DNA of 64,000 nucleotides, taken from the IMG/VR virus record IMGVR_UViG_3300020421_002453, positions 1 to 64,000 of that record; one strand, given 5' to 3'. Within the stretch, counting starts at the first letter, position 1. Each line of letters opens with the position of its first letter. Under the pieces are notes generated by a model, which saw only the letters and a program-made list of their open reading frames with translations, searched no databases and was not told the DNA's origin. The translations under genes were made by a program, and so were the position numbers. This DNA comes from a virus. Positions 19,188 to 27,803 of the stretch are shown one piece after another.

Positions 19188-19600
19188 AATTGAGAAATCG
19201 GAAAGTACTGAGAGTAATTAACTCGGTATGGGATTGGCTGAATAATGAGTATACTTCGGAAGCTCATAAGGCAATCACAGATTAGTTCGTGGTGAACCTA
19301 CTTAGGTGTAAATCATTTCGGTAGTTGAGACATCAATAATCAGAAGTACTTGAAGAAAAAAACAGAAACGATTCTGTTGACCTTGTTGTGGGTAAGGGTA
19401 ATACTGAAATCCCACTTAATGACTGAATAAACTAAACTCTGAGAGTTAAAGTAATGGCATAGAGGTTGTACTCGATTCAATGAGATTAACCATCTTGAGA
19501 ATCACTTTCATAACTGAAAGATGTTAGGTACAAGGTATAAAAAATCAGAGCTTCAAGTTGTAAGTAATCGTTAACCTTACATCCCCTAAGATTTCCAATT
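19188..19600 (+). ncRNA. Large multi-stem structured non-coding RNA of unknown class
   Basis: Lies in an ORF-free 700-bp gap. Closing stem, two perfect long-range helices (8 and 7 bp), at least 8 local hairpins including UUCG and GNRA loops, upstream TATTTAT motif and a downstream T-tailed inverted repeat. Confidence 0.7.
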
Positions 19601-19610
19601 AAAAATTTAT

Positions 19611-19683
19611 AAAAAAAAGGTTCAACCGTATTTTTAGTTTCCACTATATTAAAACTTTAAAAAACAACCGAACCTTTTTTTTT
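19611..19683 (+). terminator. Long inverted repeat with T-tail (terminator-like)
   Basis: AAAAAAAAGGTTC (19611-19623) pairs with GAACCTTTTTTTT (19670-19682) around a ~46-nt interior. Confidence 0.5.
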
Positions 19684-19797
19684 GCAAAAGGCAAGAAAAA
19701 ATTGATTTTAATCAATCAAGGTTATATTTATTAATGTATCGATAAATGATACGAATGATAAATGAATAATAAAACTAAACAAATAGGAGAATGAATA

Positions 19798-20562
19798 ATG
19801 GATTTAAATGCAATTAAAAAGCGACTTAATCAGTTACAAACCACAAACAATCGTACTTCCAGTCTTTGGAAACCACAACCAGGTAAAACACAAATTCGAA
19901 TAGTACCTTATGCTTTCAATAAAGATAATCCTTTTATTGAATTATTCTTCCATTACAATCTGAACAATCGTTCATATCTTTCACCAATTTCTTTTGGTAG
20001 ACCAGACCCAATCGAGGAGTTTGCTCAAAAACTAAAAGGAAGTGGTTCTAAGGAAGATTATCAATTAGCTCGTAAGTTAGAAGCTAAGATGAGAACTTTT
20101 GCACCAGTCATTGTAAGAGGAGAAGAAAAACAAGGTGTTAAATTTTGGGGATTTGGAAAGACAGTTTATCAAGAACTTCTTTCAATAATCGCTGACCCTG
20201 ATTATGGTGATATCACAGATGCAGTAAATGGTCGTGATGTAGTTGTTGAGTTCTTATCAGCAGAAGAGACGGGAGCATCGTTTCCTACAACAAAAATCCG
20301 AGTAAAACCTAATCAAACACCGATTTCAGATGAACCTGAAACTCTTGAATTGGTTAAAACCCAACAAGATATTAAGGAAATCTATCAAGAGTTATCTTAT
20401 GATGACCTTACAGATATTCTGAATGAGTGGTTGAATCCAAGTGATGATAACACAGATGGTGAAACTACTACTTCTAAAGAAGAAGTTTCTAAAACTGAAC
20501 TATCAAATGCTAAAGTGAAGAGTAATACTTCAGATGCCTTTGATGAATTGTTTAATTCATAA
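19798..20562 (+). CDS. Single-stranded DNA-binding protein (gp32-like)
   Basis: WKP..G...IRIVP, GVKFWGFGKTVY and DITD..NGRD motifs; acidic tail DAFDELFNS. Confidence 0.85.
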   Translation: MDLNAIKKRLNQLQTTNNRTSSLWKPQPGKTQIRIVPYAFNKDNPFIELFFHYNLNNRSYLSPISFGRPDPIEEFAQKLKGSGSKEDYQLARKLEAKMRTFAPVIVRGEEKQGVKFWGFGKTVYQELLSIIADPDYGDITDAVNGRDVVVEFLSAEETGASFPTTKIRVKPNQTPISDEPETLELVKTQQDIKEIYQELSYDDLTDILNEWLNPSDDNTDGETTTSKEEVSKTELSNAKVKSNTSDAFDELFNS

Positions 20563-20570
20563 ATAATAAC

Positions 20571-20645
20571 AATATATAGTGTGTGGCAACATACAAGAAA
20601 AGTAGAGATGGGTGTTATTGTATTCCCTAACTACACACTATTATT
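20571..20645 (+). other. Structured intergenic RNA element upstream of recA
   Basis: 11-bp stem ATAGTGTGTGG/CTACACACTAT enclosing an inner ATACAA/TTGTAT stem. Confidence 0.5.
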
Positions 20646-20662
20646 AACTTAAGGAGATTAGG

Positions 20663-21763
20663 ATGGCATCAGTAAATGATGTATTGGCCTCAAATTTGGC
20701 CGATAGTTTAAATAAAAAATTCAAAGATAACAAGGTAGCATACTTTTTAGATGGTACTGATAACACACCTACTGATATAAAAGATTTTATATCCACAGGT
20801 AGTTCTATGTTAGATTTGGCTATATCAAATAAACCTGATGGTGGTATCGCCGTAGGTAGAATCACAGAAATCAACGGATTAGAATCAAGTGGTAAATCAC
20901 TACTTGGGGCTCATATGTTGGCAGAAACTCAAAAGAAAGGTGGAATCGCAGTATATATAGATACTGAAACTTCAGTTTCTCAAGAGTTCATGGATGTGAT
21001 TGGAATTGATATGAGTAAGATGTTATATCTACATTTAGAAACTGTAGAAGATATCTTTGAAGCGATTGAAGAAATCGTAACCAAAGTAAGAGAATCAGAT
21101 AAAGATAGATTAGTTACTATATTAGTTGATTCACTTGCAGCCGCTACTACTAAAGTAGAGTTAGAAGCAGATTTTGATAAAGATGGTTGGGCAACAGCCA
21201 AGGCCATTATTATATCTAAAGCTATGAGAAAGATTACTCAGATGATTGGTAGACAGAAAATAGCCTTAGTATTTACAAATCAGTTAAGACAAAAATTAGG
21301 TGTAATGTTTGGAGACCCCTGGACTACAAGTGGTGGAAAGGCATTACCATTCCATGCTTCAACAAGAATTAGATTGAAGAACATGGGACAAATCAAAGAT
21401 ACGGCAAAGAATGTTCTTGGTATGAAGTGTAGAGCACAGATTGTTAAGAATAGATTAGGGCCACCTTTACGACATGCAGATTATGATATGTACTTTGATA
21501 GAGGTATAGATAATTATGGTGCATGGTTGACTGTGTTGAAAGAACACAAGTTAGTTAAATCAGGTGGTGCATGGTACACTCTTACAGACCAAGATGGTAA
21601 AGACCATAAGTTCCTATCGAAAGATTGGGAAGAGTTAATTACCAAAAATGATGAGTTGAGAGAGTATGTATACAAAATCATTTGTGATAAAGTTATATTG
21701 AAATACAAAGAGAAACTTGGTATTGATGATGTAGAATTCACAGATGAGGTTATCGGTGATTAA
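20663..21763 (+). CDS. recA: RecA/UvsX recombinase
   Basis: ISTGS..LD, Walker A GLESSGKS, YIDTE, VDSLAA, FTNQLR, TTSGGKAL.F and VKNR motifs. Confidence 0.93.
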   Translation: MASVNDVLASNLADSLNKKFKDNKVAYFLDGTDNTPTDIKDFISTGSSMLDLAISNKPDGGIAVGRITEINGLESSGKSLLGAHMLAETQKKGGIAVYIDTETSVSQEFMDVIGIDMSKMLYLHLETVEDIFEAIEEIVTKVRESDKDRLVTILVDSLAAATTKVELEADFDKDGWATAKAIIISKAMRKITQMIGRQKIALVFTNQLRQKLGVMFGDPWTTSGGKALPFHASTRIRLKNMGQIKDTAKNVLGMKCRAQIVKNRLGPPLRHADYDMYFDRGIDNYGAWLTVLKEHKLVKSGGAWYTLTDQDGKDHKFLSKDWEELITKNDELREYVYKIICDKVILKYKEKLGIDDVEFTDEVIGD

Positions 21764-22811
21764 TAAGAGACACTTATCGATACTCGAAGAGATTAAAAAA
21801 TCTGGCGGTAAAGTAGATAGTGGTGAACCAAATGACTCGGTTTTACTTATTGACGGATTGAACACATTCATACGAGTGTTTTCAGCCATACCTACTACTA
21901 ATGAGGATGGAATTCACATTGGTGGAATAGTAGGTTTTTTAAGGTCAATTGGTTACACAATCAACATGGTTAGACCTACACGAACTATCATAGTATTTGA
22001 TGGTAAAGGTGGGTCTAACCGCCGAAGAAAACTTTTTCCTGAATATAAAGCAGGAAGAAAAATGTCAGTTAGATTGAATCGACACTTAGATGTTTCACTT
22101 ACAAGAGAAGATGAACACAAGATGATGATTCGTCAATTGAATCGAGTAATAGAATACCTTGAATGTTTACCATTAACATTAATGAACATTGAAAATGTAG
22201 AAGCAGATGATGTTATTGGTTATGCAGCTAAGCATGTATTTAATGATAAGGTTACAATTATGTCAACCGATAAAGACTTTCTTCAGTTGGTGGATGATAG
22301 AATACAAGTTTATTCACCAACGAAAAAGTTGATGTATGATGAAGAAAGAATTGTGAATGAATATGGAATTAATTCAAAGAATTTCTTATTGTTCAGAGCT
22401 ATAGATGGTGATAAATCAGATGGGATACCAGGTATAAAAGGTGCTGGATTAAAAACACTACTGAAAGTATTTCCATTCCTTGAATCACCACACGAATATT
22501 CTATAGAAGATATTATGAAGAGTTCAAAAGCGAACCAAAAAAAATACAAAATATGTGAAACTATTGTAAATAATGAAGACCAATTACTTTTAAATAAAAA
22601 ACTAATGGACTTAACCGATAGTGTTATGGGTGGTAGTAGTAGACAAAAAACTCAACACATAACAGGAGAACCAATTCAGAGATTAGTTAAACACAAATTT
22701 CAAAGGATGTTCTTAGAGGATAAATTATACACTGCCTTACCAAACTTAGATAGTTGGTTACATTCAACATTCAATAGGTTGAATCACATGGCGGAGAAGA
22801 GTCATGGGTAG
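21744..22811 (+). CDS. 5'-3' exonuclease/flap endonuclease (T4 RNase H or PolI N-terminal-like); start may be GTG at 21756
   Basis: LLIDGLN, VFDG, YKAGR, EADDVI, STDKDFLQL and GDKSDGIPGIKG.G.KT motifs. Confidence 0.92.
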   Translation: MRLSVINKRHLSILEEIKKSGGKVDSGEPNDSVLLIDGLNTFIRVFSAIPTTNEDGIHIGGIVGFLRSIGYTINMVRPTRTIIVFDGKGGSNRRRKLFPEYKAGRKMSVRLNRHLDVSLTREDEHKMMIRQLNRVIEYLECLPLTLMNIENVEADDVIGYAAKHVFNDKVTIMSTDKDFLQLVDDRIQVYSPTKKLMYDEERIVNEYGINSKNFLLFRAIDGDKSDGIPGIKGAGLKTLLKVFPFLESPHEYSIEDIMKSSKANQKKYKICETIVNNEDQLLLNKKLMDLTDSVMGGSSRQKTQHITGEPIQRLVKHKFQRMFLEDKLYTALPNLDSWLHSTFNRLNHMAEKSHG

Positions 22812-22989
22812 AAAAAGAAAATACCATAGTGAAAAAGAAAAACGAGAAGCCCAAAGAAAGTGGCAGATGGAACATTATAAAAGAAATGCTGAGGAAATAA
22901 AAGCCAAGGCAAGACAGAAGTATCGTGAAAAAAAGAAAAAAGATTTTTACGATAAAAAAGTACAAGATTTATATGGAAACTTAGGATGA
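22804..22989 (+). CDS. Small basic hypothetical protein
   Basis: GGAG RBS; 61 aa, Lys/Arg-rich; overlaps both neighbours. Confidence 0.6.
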   Translation: MGRKRKYHSEKEKREAQRKWQMEHYKRNAEEIKAKARQKYREKKKKDFYDKKVQDLYGNLG

Positions 22990-24191
22990 TAATTTCAGAT
23001 TACTTTAAAAAGTTTTATGATATGAAACCATACATCTTTATTGATGAAGAAGAATGGAGATATATTATTACTACTTATGAAAAAGAAGAAGTAATTGAAG
23101 AGTTATCAAAAGTTTTACATACATATAGGCCACCGATACCAGTTATATCGGAACGACAAACACTTGATAGTTTAAACAAGCTCAAAAGCGTAAGGTGGCC
23201 AGAATTATTAGTAGAGAATAGTTGGTTTCCAAGAAATGAACAAGAATCGAAGTATTATTTAAAGAGTTGTTACTTCAGGAGGGATAATTCTGGTAATAAT
23301 GCTTCGAATCCCTTTCATATAGAAACAAGATGGAAAGTAGATTGGACGAGAACACCGAGTGGTTGGAAAACATGGCAGACTGTAAAGGGAATAAAAACTA
23401 TTGTAAGAGCGTTCTATACCTTAGACCAAGTATTAACAAAGGTAGATGAACAATCAATTAGGATGGCAACCACATTGAGAAAGTATGTTGCTTCTCAATT
23501 CAAACCAAGTATAGCAAAGGCATTTTATGATTATTATGGAAGTACTAATGTACTCGATTTTAGTGCTGGTTGGGGTGATAGGTTGGCTGGGTTTTATTGT
23601 GGAGAAAGTACAAAATCATTCGTTGGTATTGACCCAAACACCACCAATCATCCAAACTATAAAAAACAAATTGAGTTCTATGAGAAACACAGAACAATGT
23701 TCGAACAAGAAAAGAAAGTTGAGTTAATTTGTTCACCTGCTGAAGATGTAGATTATACAAAGTATGAAAATCACTTTGATACAATCTTTACTTCACCACC
23801 TTATTTCAATGTAGAAAAATATTCAGATGAGGATACACAAAGTTACATTCGATATAAAGATATTGATAGTTGGAATAAAAACTTTTTACACAAAACACTT
23901 GAAAAATTAATCCCTACCTTAAAAAAAGGTGGGATACTTGCAATTAATATTGCAGATGTATACAATCCAAAAGATAAAGGTTATTATGAAATCTGTAATC
24001 CAATGAATGATTTTCTATCAAAAAAAGGGTTACATTATGATGGATGTATTGGAATGGAAATGACAAAGAGATTCAATAGTGGTGGGGCTGGTAATGCCAA
24101 GAGTGAATACTTTGATGATAAATTAAAAGAACAAACACAAAAAACTCAAAATACAGCATTTGGAGAGCCAATTTGGATTTGGAGAAAATAA
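22986..24191 (+). CDS. DNA amino-methyltransferase (N4-C/N6-A type), paralog 1
   Basis: SAM-binding LDFSAGWGDR followed by catalytic FTSPPYF; C-terminal EPIWIW. Confidence 0.82.
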   Translation: MIISDYFKKFYDMKPYIFIDEEEWRYIITTYEKEEVIEELSKVLHTYRPPIPVISERQTLDSLNKLKSVRWPELLVENSWFPRNEQESKYYLKSCYFRRDNSGNNASNPFHIETRWKVDWTRTPSGWKTWQTVKGIKTIVRAFYTLDQVLTKVDEQSIRMATTLRKYVASQFKPSIAKAFYDYYGSTNVLDFSAGWGDRLAGFYCGESTKSFVGIDPNTTNHPNYKKQIEFYEKHRTMFEQEKKVELICSPAEDVDYTKYENHFDTIFTSPPYFNVEKYSDEDTQSYIRYKDIDSWNKNFLHKTLEKLIPTLKKGGILAINIADVYNPKDKGYYEICNPMNDFLSKKGLHYDGCIGMEMTKRFNSGGAGNAKSEYFDDKLKEQTQKTQNTAFGEPIWIWRK

Positions 24192-24227
24192 ATTGTATTC
24201 TGAGAAAAAAAGGAACTAATTATATAT

Positions 24228-25589
24228 ATGAGTGAATCATTAATAAAATATGGTACTGGTTTTCAAAGTAAAATAATTACATCACTTCTTGTAGATAACA
24301 AGTTTATCAAACAAGTTGTTGATATTTTAGAGATTAGTTATTTTGATTCTGATAGTAATAAATTCTTGATTAATTCTATCAAGGATTATTTTTCCAAATA
24401 CAAAACAAATCCAACAATGGAAGCAATCAAAGTTCTGATTGATGATGTAGAGAATGATGTATTAAAAACAGCTATTGTAGATAGTTTAAGAAATGCATGG
24501 CAACATCGTGAGAGTAATGATTTAGAATTTGTTCAAGAAAAAACATTAGAGTTTTGTAAGAATCAAGTTGTTAAGAATGCTATTATGGATTCAGTAGAAT
24601 TATTAGAATCTCAAAGGTATGATGAAATAAAAACCATTATAGATAAAGCCATGACCGCTGGTATGGAAAGAGATATCGGACACGAATACATTACAGGTTT
24701 TGAAGAAAGAATGACACAACAAGCAAGAGTAACACAACCAACACAATGGGATAGTGTTAATGATTTGATGGATGGTGGATTAGCTGGTGGTGAACTTGGA
24801 GTTGTAGTTGCTCCTGCTGGTATTGGTAAGAGTTGGACACTTCAGGCTATTGGAGCTCATGCAGTTGCAAAAGGATTGAATGTAATTCATTATACATTAG
24901 AGTTAAATGCTCAGTATGTAGGGTTAAGATATGATACAATAGTAAGTGGACAACCAACAGGTAACTTACAATACTATAAAGATGATGTATTAAAGGCTAT
25001 AAATAAATTAAAGGGTAATTTAATTATTAAATATTATCCAACAAGAACTGCAAGTGTAAACACTTTAACAGCACATTTACAACAATGTGTATTACAAGGT
25101 ATTAAACCTGATATGATTATTGTGGATTATGCTGATATTATGAAATCTACACAACACTTCAATGAAAAAAGACATCAAATAGGTCATGTTTATGAAGAGT
25201 TAAGGGGAATGGCTGGTGAGTTTGATGTTCCATTATGGACAGCTTCACAGGCTAATCGTTCATCATTAGAGGAAGATGTGATTGGGGCTGATAAAGTTTC
25301 AGAGGATTATTCTAAAGTGATGACTGCTGATTTTGTAATGAGTATGAGTAGGAAAGTAGAAGATAAGATTGCAAACACAGGTAGATTTCATGTAATTAAA
25401 AACAGATTTGGACCCGATGGGATAACCTTTCCTGCTTCTATCAATACAAATACAGGTAACATACAAATATATGAGACCAGTACACAAGGTGGCCGTGAGG
25501 CACAAGGAAAAATGAACAATGCGGATGAGTATGTTCGTAAAACATTGGCACAGAAGAAGAAAGATTTTGATGCTGGTGGATTCGAATAG
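24228..25589 (+). CDS. Replicative DnaB-like helicase (gp41-like)
   Basis: Walker A APAGIGKS, TLEL, IVDYAD, WTASQANR and KNRFG motifs. Confidence 0.92.
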   Translation: MSESLIKYGTGFQSKIITSLLVDNKFIKQVVDILEISYFDSDSNKFLINSIKDYFSKYKTNPTMEAIKVLIDDVENDVLKTAIVDSLRNAWQHRESNDLEFVQEKTLEFCKNQVVKNAIMDSVELLESQRYDEIKTIIDKAMTAGMERDIGHEYITGFEERMTQQARVTQPTQWDSVNDLMDGGLAGGELGVVVAPAGIGKSWTLQAIGAHAVAKGLNVIHYTLELNAQYVGLRYDTIVSGQPTGNLQYYKDDVLKAINKLKGNLIIKYYPTRTASVNTLTAHLQQCVLQGIKPDMIIVDYADIMKSTQHFNEKRHQIGHVYEELRGMAGEFDVPLWTASQANRSSLEEDVIGADKVSEDYSKVMTADFVMSMSRKVEDKIANTGRFHVIKNRFGPDGITFPASINTNTGNIQIYETSTQGGREAQGKMNNADEYVRKTLAQKKKDFDAGGFE

Positions 25590-25712
25590 AACTTCTAAGA
25601 AATTCTTTTTAAAACTTCTAAAAAAATGAGAAATATTGGAATATTCCGCTTTATATACTATACTTAGTTATGGTGAAAAAATATAAACAGAAAACACAGG
25701 AGTTAGTTTCAA

Positions 25713-27728
25713 ATGGTAGAAAACAAATTTAAGTTATCGGAAAATTTTGTTGCAAAATATAAGAGAAAAAAGGCACCTTTCGGGTTCAACGGATTAGGTG
25801 AATTAGTTTATATGAGAACATATTCTCGTATAAAAGAAGATGGTAAAAACGAAAGATGGTGGGAAACCGTTCAAAGAGTTGTAGAGGGAACTTATTCAAT
25901 GCAGTTGAATCACATTGATTCACATCAGTTAGGTTGGAATCCTTGGCAGGCACAGAAATCAGCACAAGAAATGTATGATAGAATTTTTAATATGAAGTTC
26001 TTACCACCTGGTCGTGGTTTATGGGCTATGGGAACTGCAATCACAGAAGAAAAGAATTTATATGCCGCACTAAACAATTGTGCATTTGTATCAACATCAA
26101 CAATCAAAGATGATTATTCTAAACCATTTTGTTTCTTAATGGATGCAAGTATGTTAGGAGTTGGTGTAGGTTTTGATACCAAAGGAGCGGGGGAAATACT
26201 TGTTAAGGGTGTAGAAAAAGATAGAGAAGAACAAGTATTTGTAATACCTGATACTCGTGAGGGTTGGGTAGAATCTCTAAGGTTATTATTGGAAAGTTAT
26301 TTTCATGGACAAGCACCAGTCAAATTTGATTATAGTTTAATTAGATTAGCAGGTGAACCAATTAAAGGATTTGGTGGAGTTAGTTCAGGACCAGACCCAT
26401 TAGAAGAAGTTCATGAAAGTATTACAGAAGTATTAGAGGGTAATGCGGGTAATCCAATCACAATCACAACAATCGTAGATATAATGAATCTGATTGGTAA
26501 ATGTGTTGTAGCAGGTAATGTTAGAAGAACTGCTGAGATAGTTTTTGGTGACCCTGATTCGGAAGAATACTTAGATTTAAAAAATTATAAAGTAAATCCA
26601 CATAGAGACCAATATGGTTGGACATCAAACAATAGTATATTTGCTGAGTTAGGTATGGATTATACAGAAGTATCAAAGAGAATCGTAGATAATGGAGAAC
26701 CAGGTTTGGCTTGGTTGGATAACATGAAAAAGTATTCTCGTATGAAAAATGGTGGTGATGATAAAGACCACAGAGTAATGGGTGGTAATCCTTGTTTGGA
26801 ACAATCATTAGAATCATATGAGTTATGTTGTTTAGTAGAAACATTTCCAGATAACCACGATTCATTTGAAGATTATGCCAAAACATTAAAATATGCTTAC
26901 TTATATGCAAAGACTGTAACATTGGGTAGAACACATTGGAGTGATACCAACAGAGTTATGTTGAGAAACAGACGAATTGGTTGTTCAGTTAGTGGTGTTG
27001 CTCAGTTTATCACACATAGAGGTTTAGATGAATTAAAAACTTGGTTAAATGGTGGATACGATGTTATACAAAAATGGGATGATGTGTATTCAGATTGGTT
27101 TGCTATTCCAAAATCAATTAAAACCACTTCAGTAAAACCAAGTGGAACTGTATCATTATTGGCTGGTAGTACTCCAGGTTTACATTATCCTGAATCAAGA
27201 TTTTATATTCGTAGAATACGATTATCAATCAATTCTGAACTCGTTGAACCACTAACAAAGGCTGGGTACAAAATAGAACCTGCTTTTGGTTCAGAGGATT
27301 CTACATTAGTAGTAGAAGTTCCTGTGGATGTTGGTGAGGGTATAAGAACTGCTGCTGATTTAAGTATATGGGAACAATTCTCATTGGCAGCATTCCTACA
27401 AAGACATTGGGCGGACAATCAAGTAAGTTGTACTGTAACCTTTGACCCCGAAAAAGAGGGTGATGAGATTCCAAATGTATTGAATTATTATCAGTATCAT
27501 TTGAAAGGTATCAGTTTACTACCAAGACATGATTGGGGGGCATATCCACAGATGCCTTATGAAGCTATTGATGAGAAAGAGTATAATAAACAAGTTAAGA
27601 AACTTGGAAAACTATCATTCGGTGTAATTAAACACGAAGAAGCAGAGATAGATAAGTTCTGTAATAATGATAGTTGTGAAGTTCCACCTTTAACAGGTGA
27701 CAACGATGACCAAGATTATGCGAATTAA
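25713..27728 (+). CDS. nrdJ: Class II adenosylcobalamin-dependent ribonucleotide reductase (monomeric RTPR type)
   Basis: RTYSR, PPGRGLW, LNNCAF, GNVRRTAE, NPCLEQ...ELCCLVE, SVKPSGT and C-terminal FCNNDSC; no beta subunit nearby. Confidence 0.92.
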   Translation: MVENKFKLSENFVAKYKRKKAPFGFNGLGELVYMRTYSRIKEDGKNERWWETVQRVVEGTYSMQLNHIDSHQLGWNPWQAQKSAQEMYDRIFNMKFLPPGRGLWAMGTAITEEKNLYAALNNCAFVSTSTIKDDYSKPFCFLMDASMLGVGVGFDTKGAGEILVKGVEKDREEQVFVIPDTREGWVESLRLLLESYFHGQAPVKFDYSLIRLAGEPIKGFGGVSSGPDPLEEVHESITEVLEGNAGNPITITTIVDIMNLIGKCVVAGNVRRTAEIVFGDPDSEEYLDLKNYKVNPHRDQYGWTSNNSIFAELGMDYTEVSKRIVDNGEPGLAWLDNMKKYSRMKNGGDDKDHRVMGGNPCLEQSLESYELCCLVETFPDNHDSFEDYAKTLKYAYLYAKTVTLGRTHWSDTNRVMLRNRRIGCSVSGVAQFITHRGLDELKTWLNGGYDVIQKWDDVYSDWFAIPKSIKTTSVKPSGTVSLLAGSTPGLHYPESRFYIRRIRLSINSELVEPLTKAGYKIEPAFGSEDSTLVVEVPVDVGEGIRTAADLSIWEQFSLAAFLQRHWADNQVSCTVTFDPEKEGDEIPNVLNYYQYHLKGISLLPRHDWGAYPQMPYEAIDEKEYNKQVKKLGKLSFGVIKHEEAEIDKFCNNDSCEVPPLTGDNDDQDYAN

Positions 27729-27803
27729 TATTTTCACATACCCTGGCAGGCGACACACCAGGATAAAAATGTGTCATTCACAAGTAACAACAAGGAGATG
27801 ATT

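Noticed and set aside
19199-19560. RNase P RNA (GGAAAGTAC resembles the P4 strand GGAAAGUCC; TCAGAGCTT near the 3' end)
   Set aside because: The motif lies immediately after the closing stem, leaving no room for P2/P3. The P4 pairing is imperfect, and both segments are better explained by other helices. Kept as an unclassified ncRNA.
19188-19600. tmRNA, group I or group II intron
   Set aside because: No tRNA-like ends or CCA, no recognisable P7 R/S elements, no domain V, and no interrupted gene on either side.
27734-27797. Cobalamin riboswitch upstream of the receptor
   Set aside because: Too short, and lacks the B12-box and GCCACUG-type conserved elements; reported only as an unclassified hairpin.
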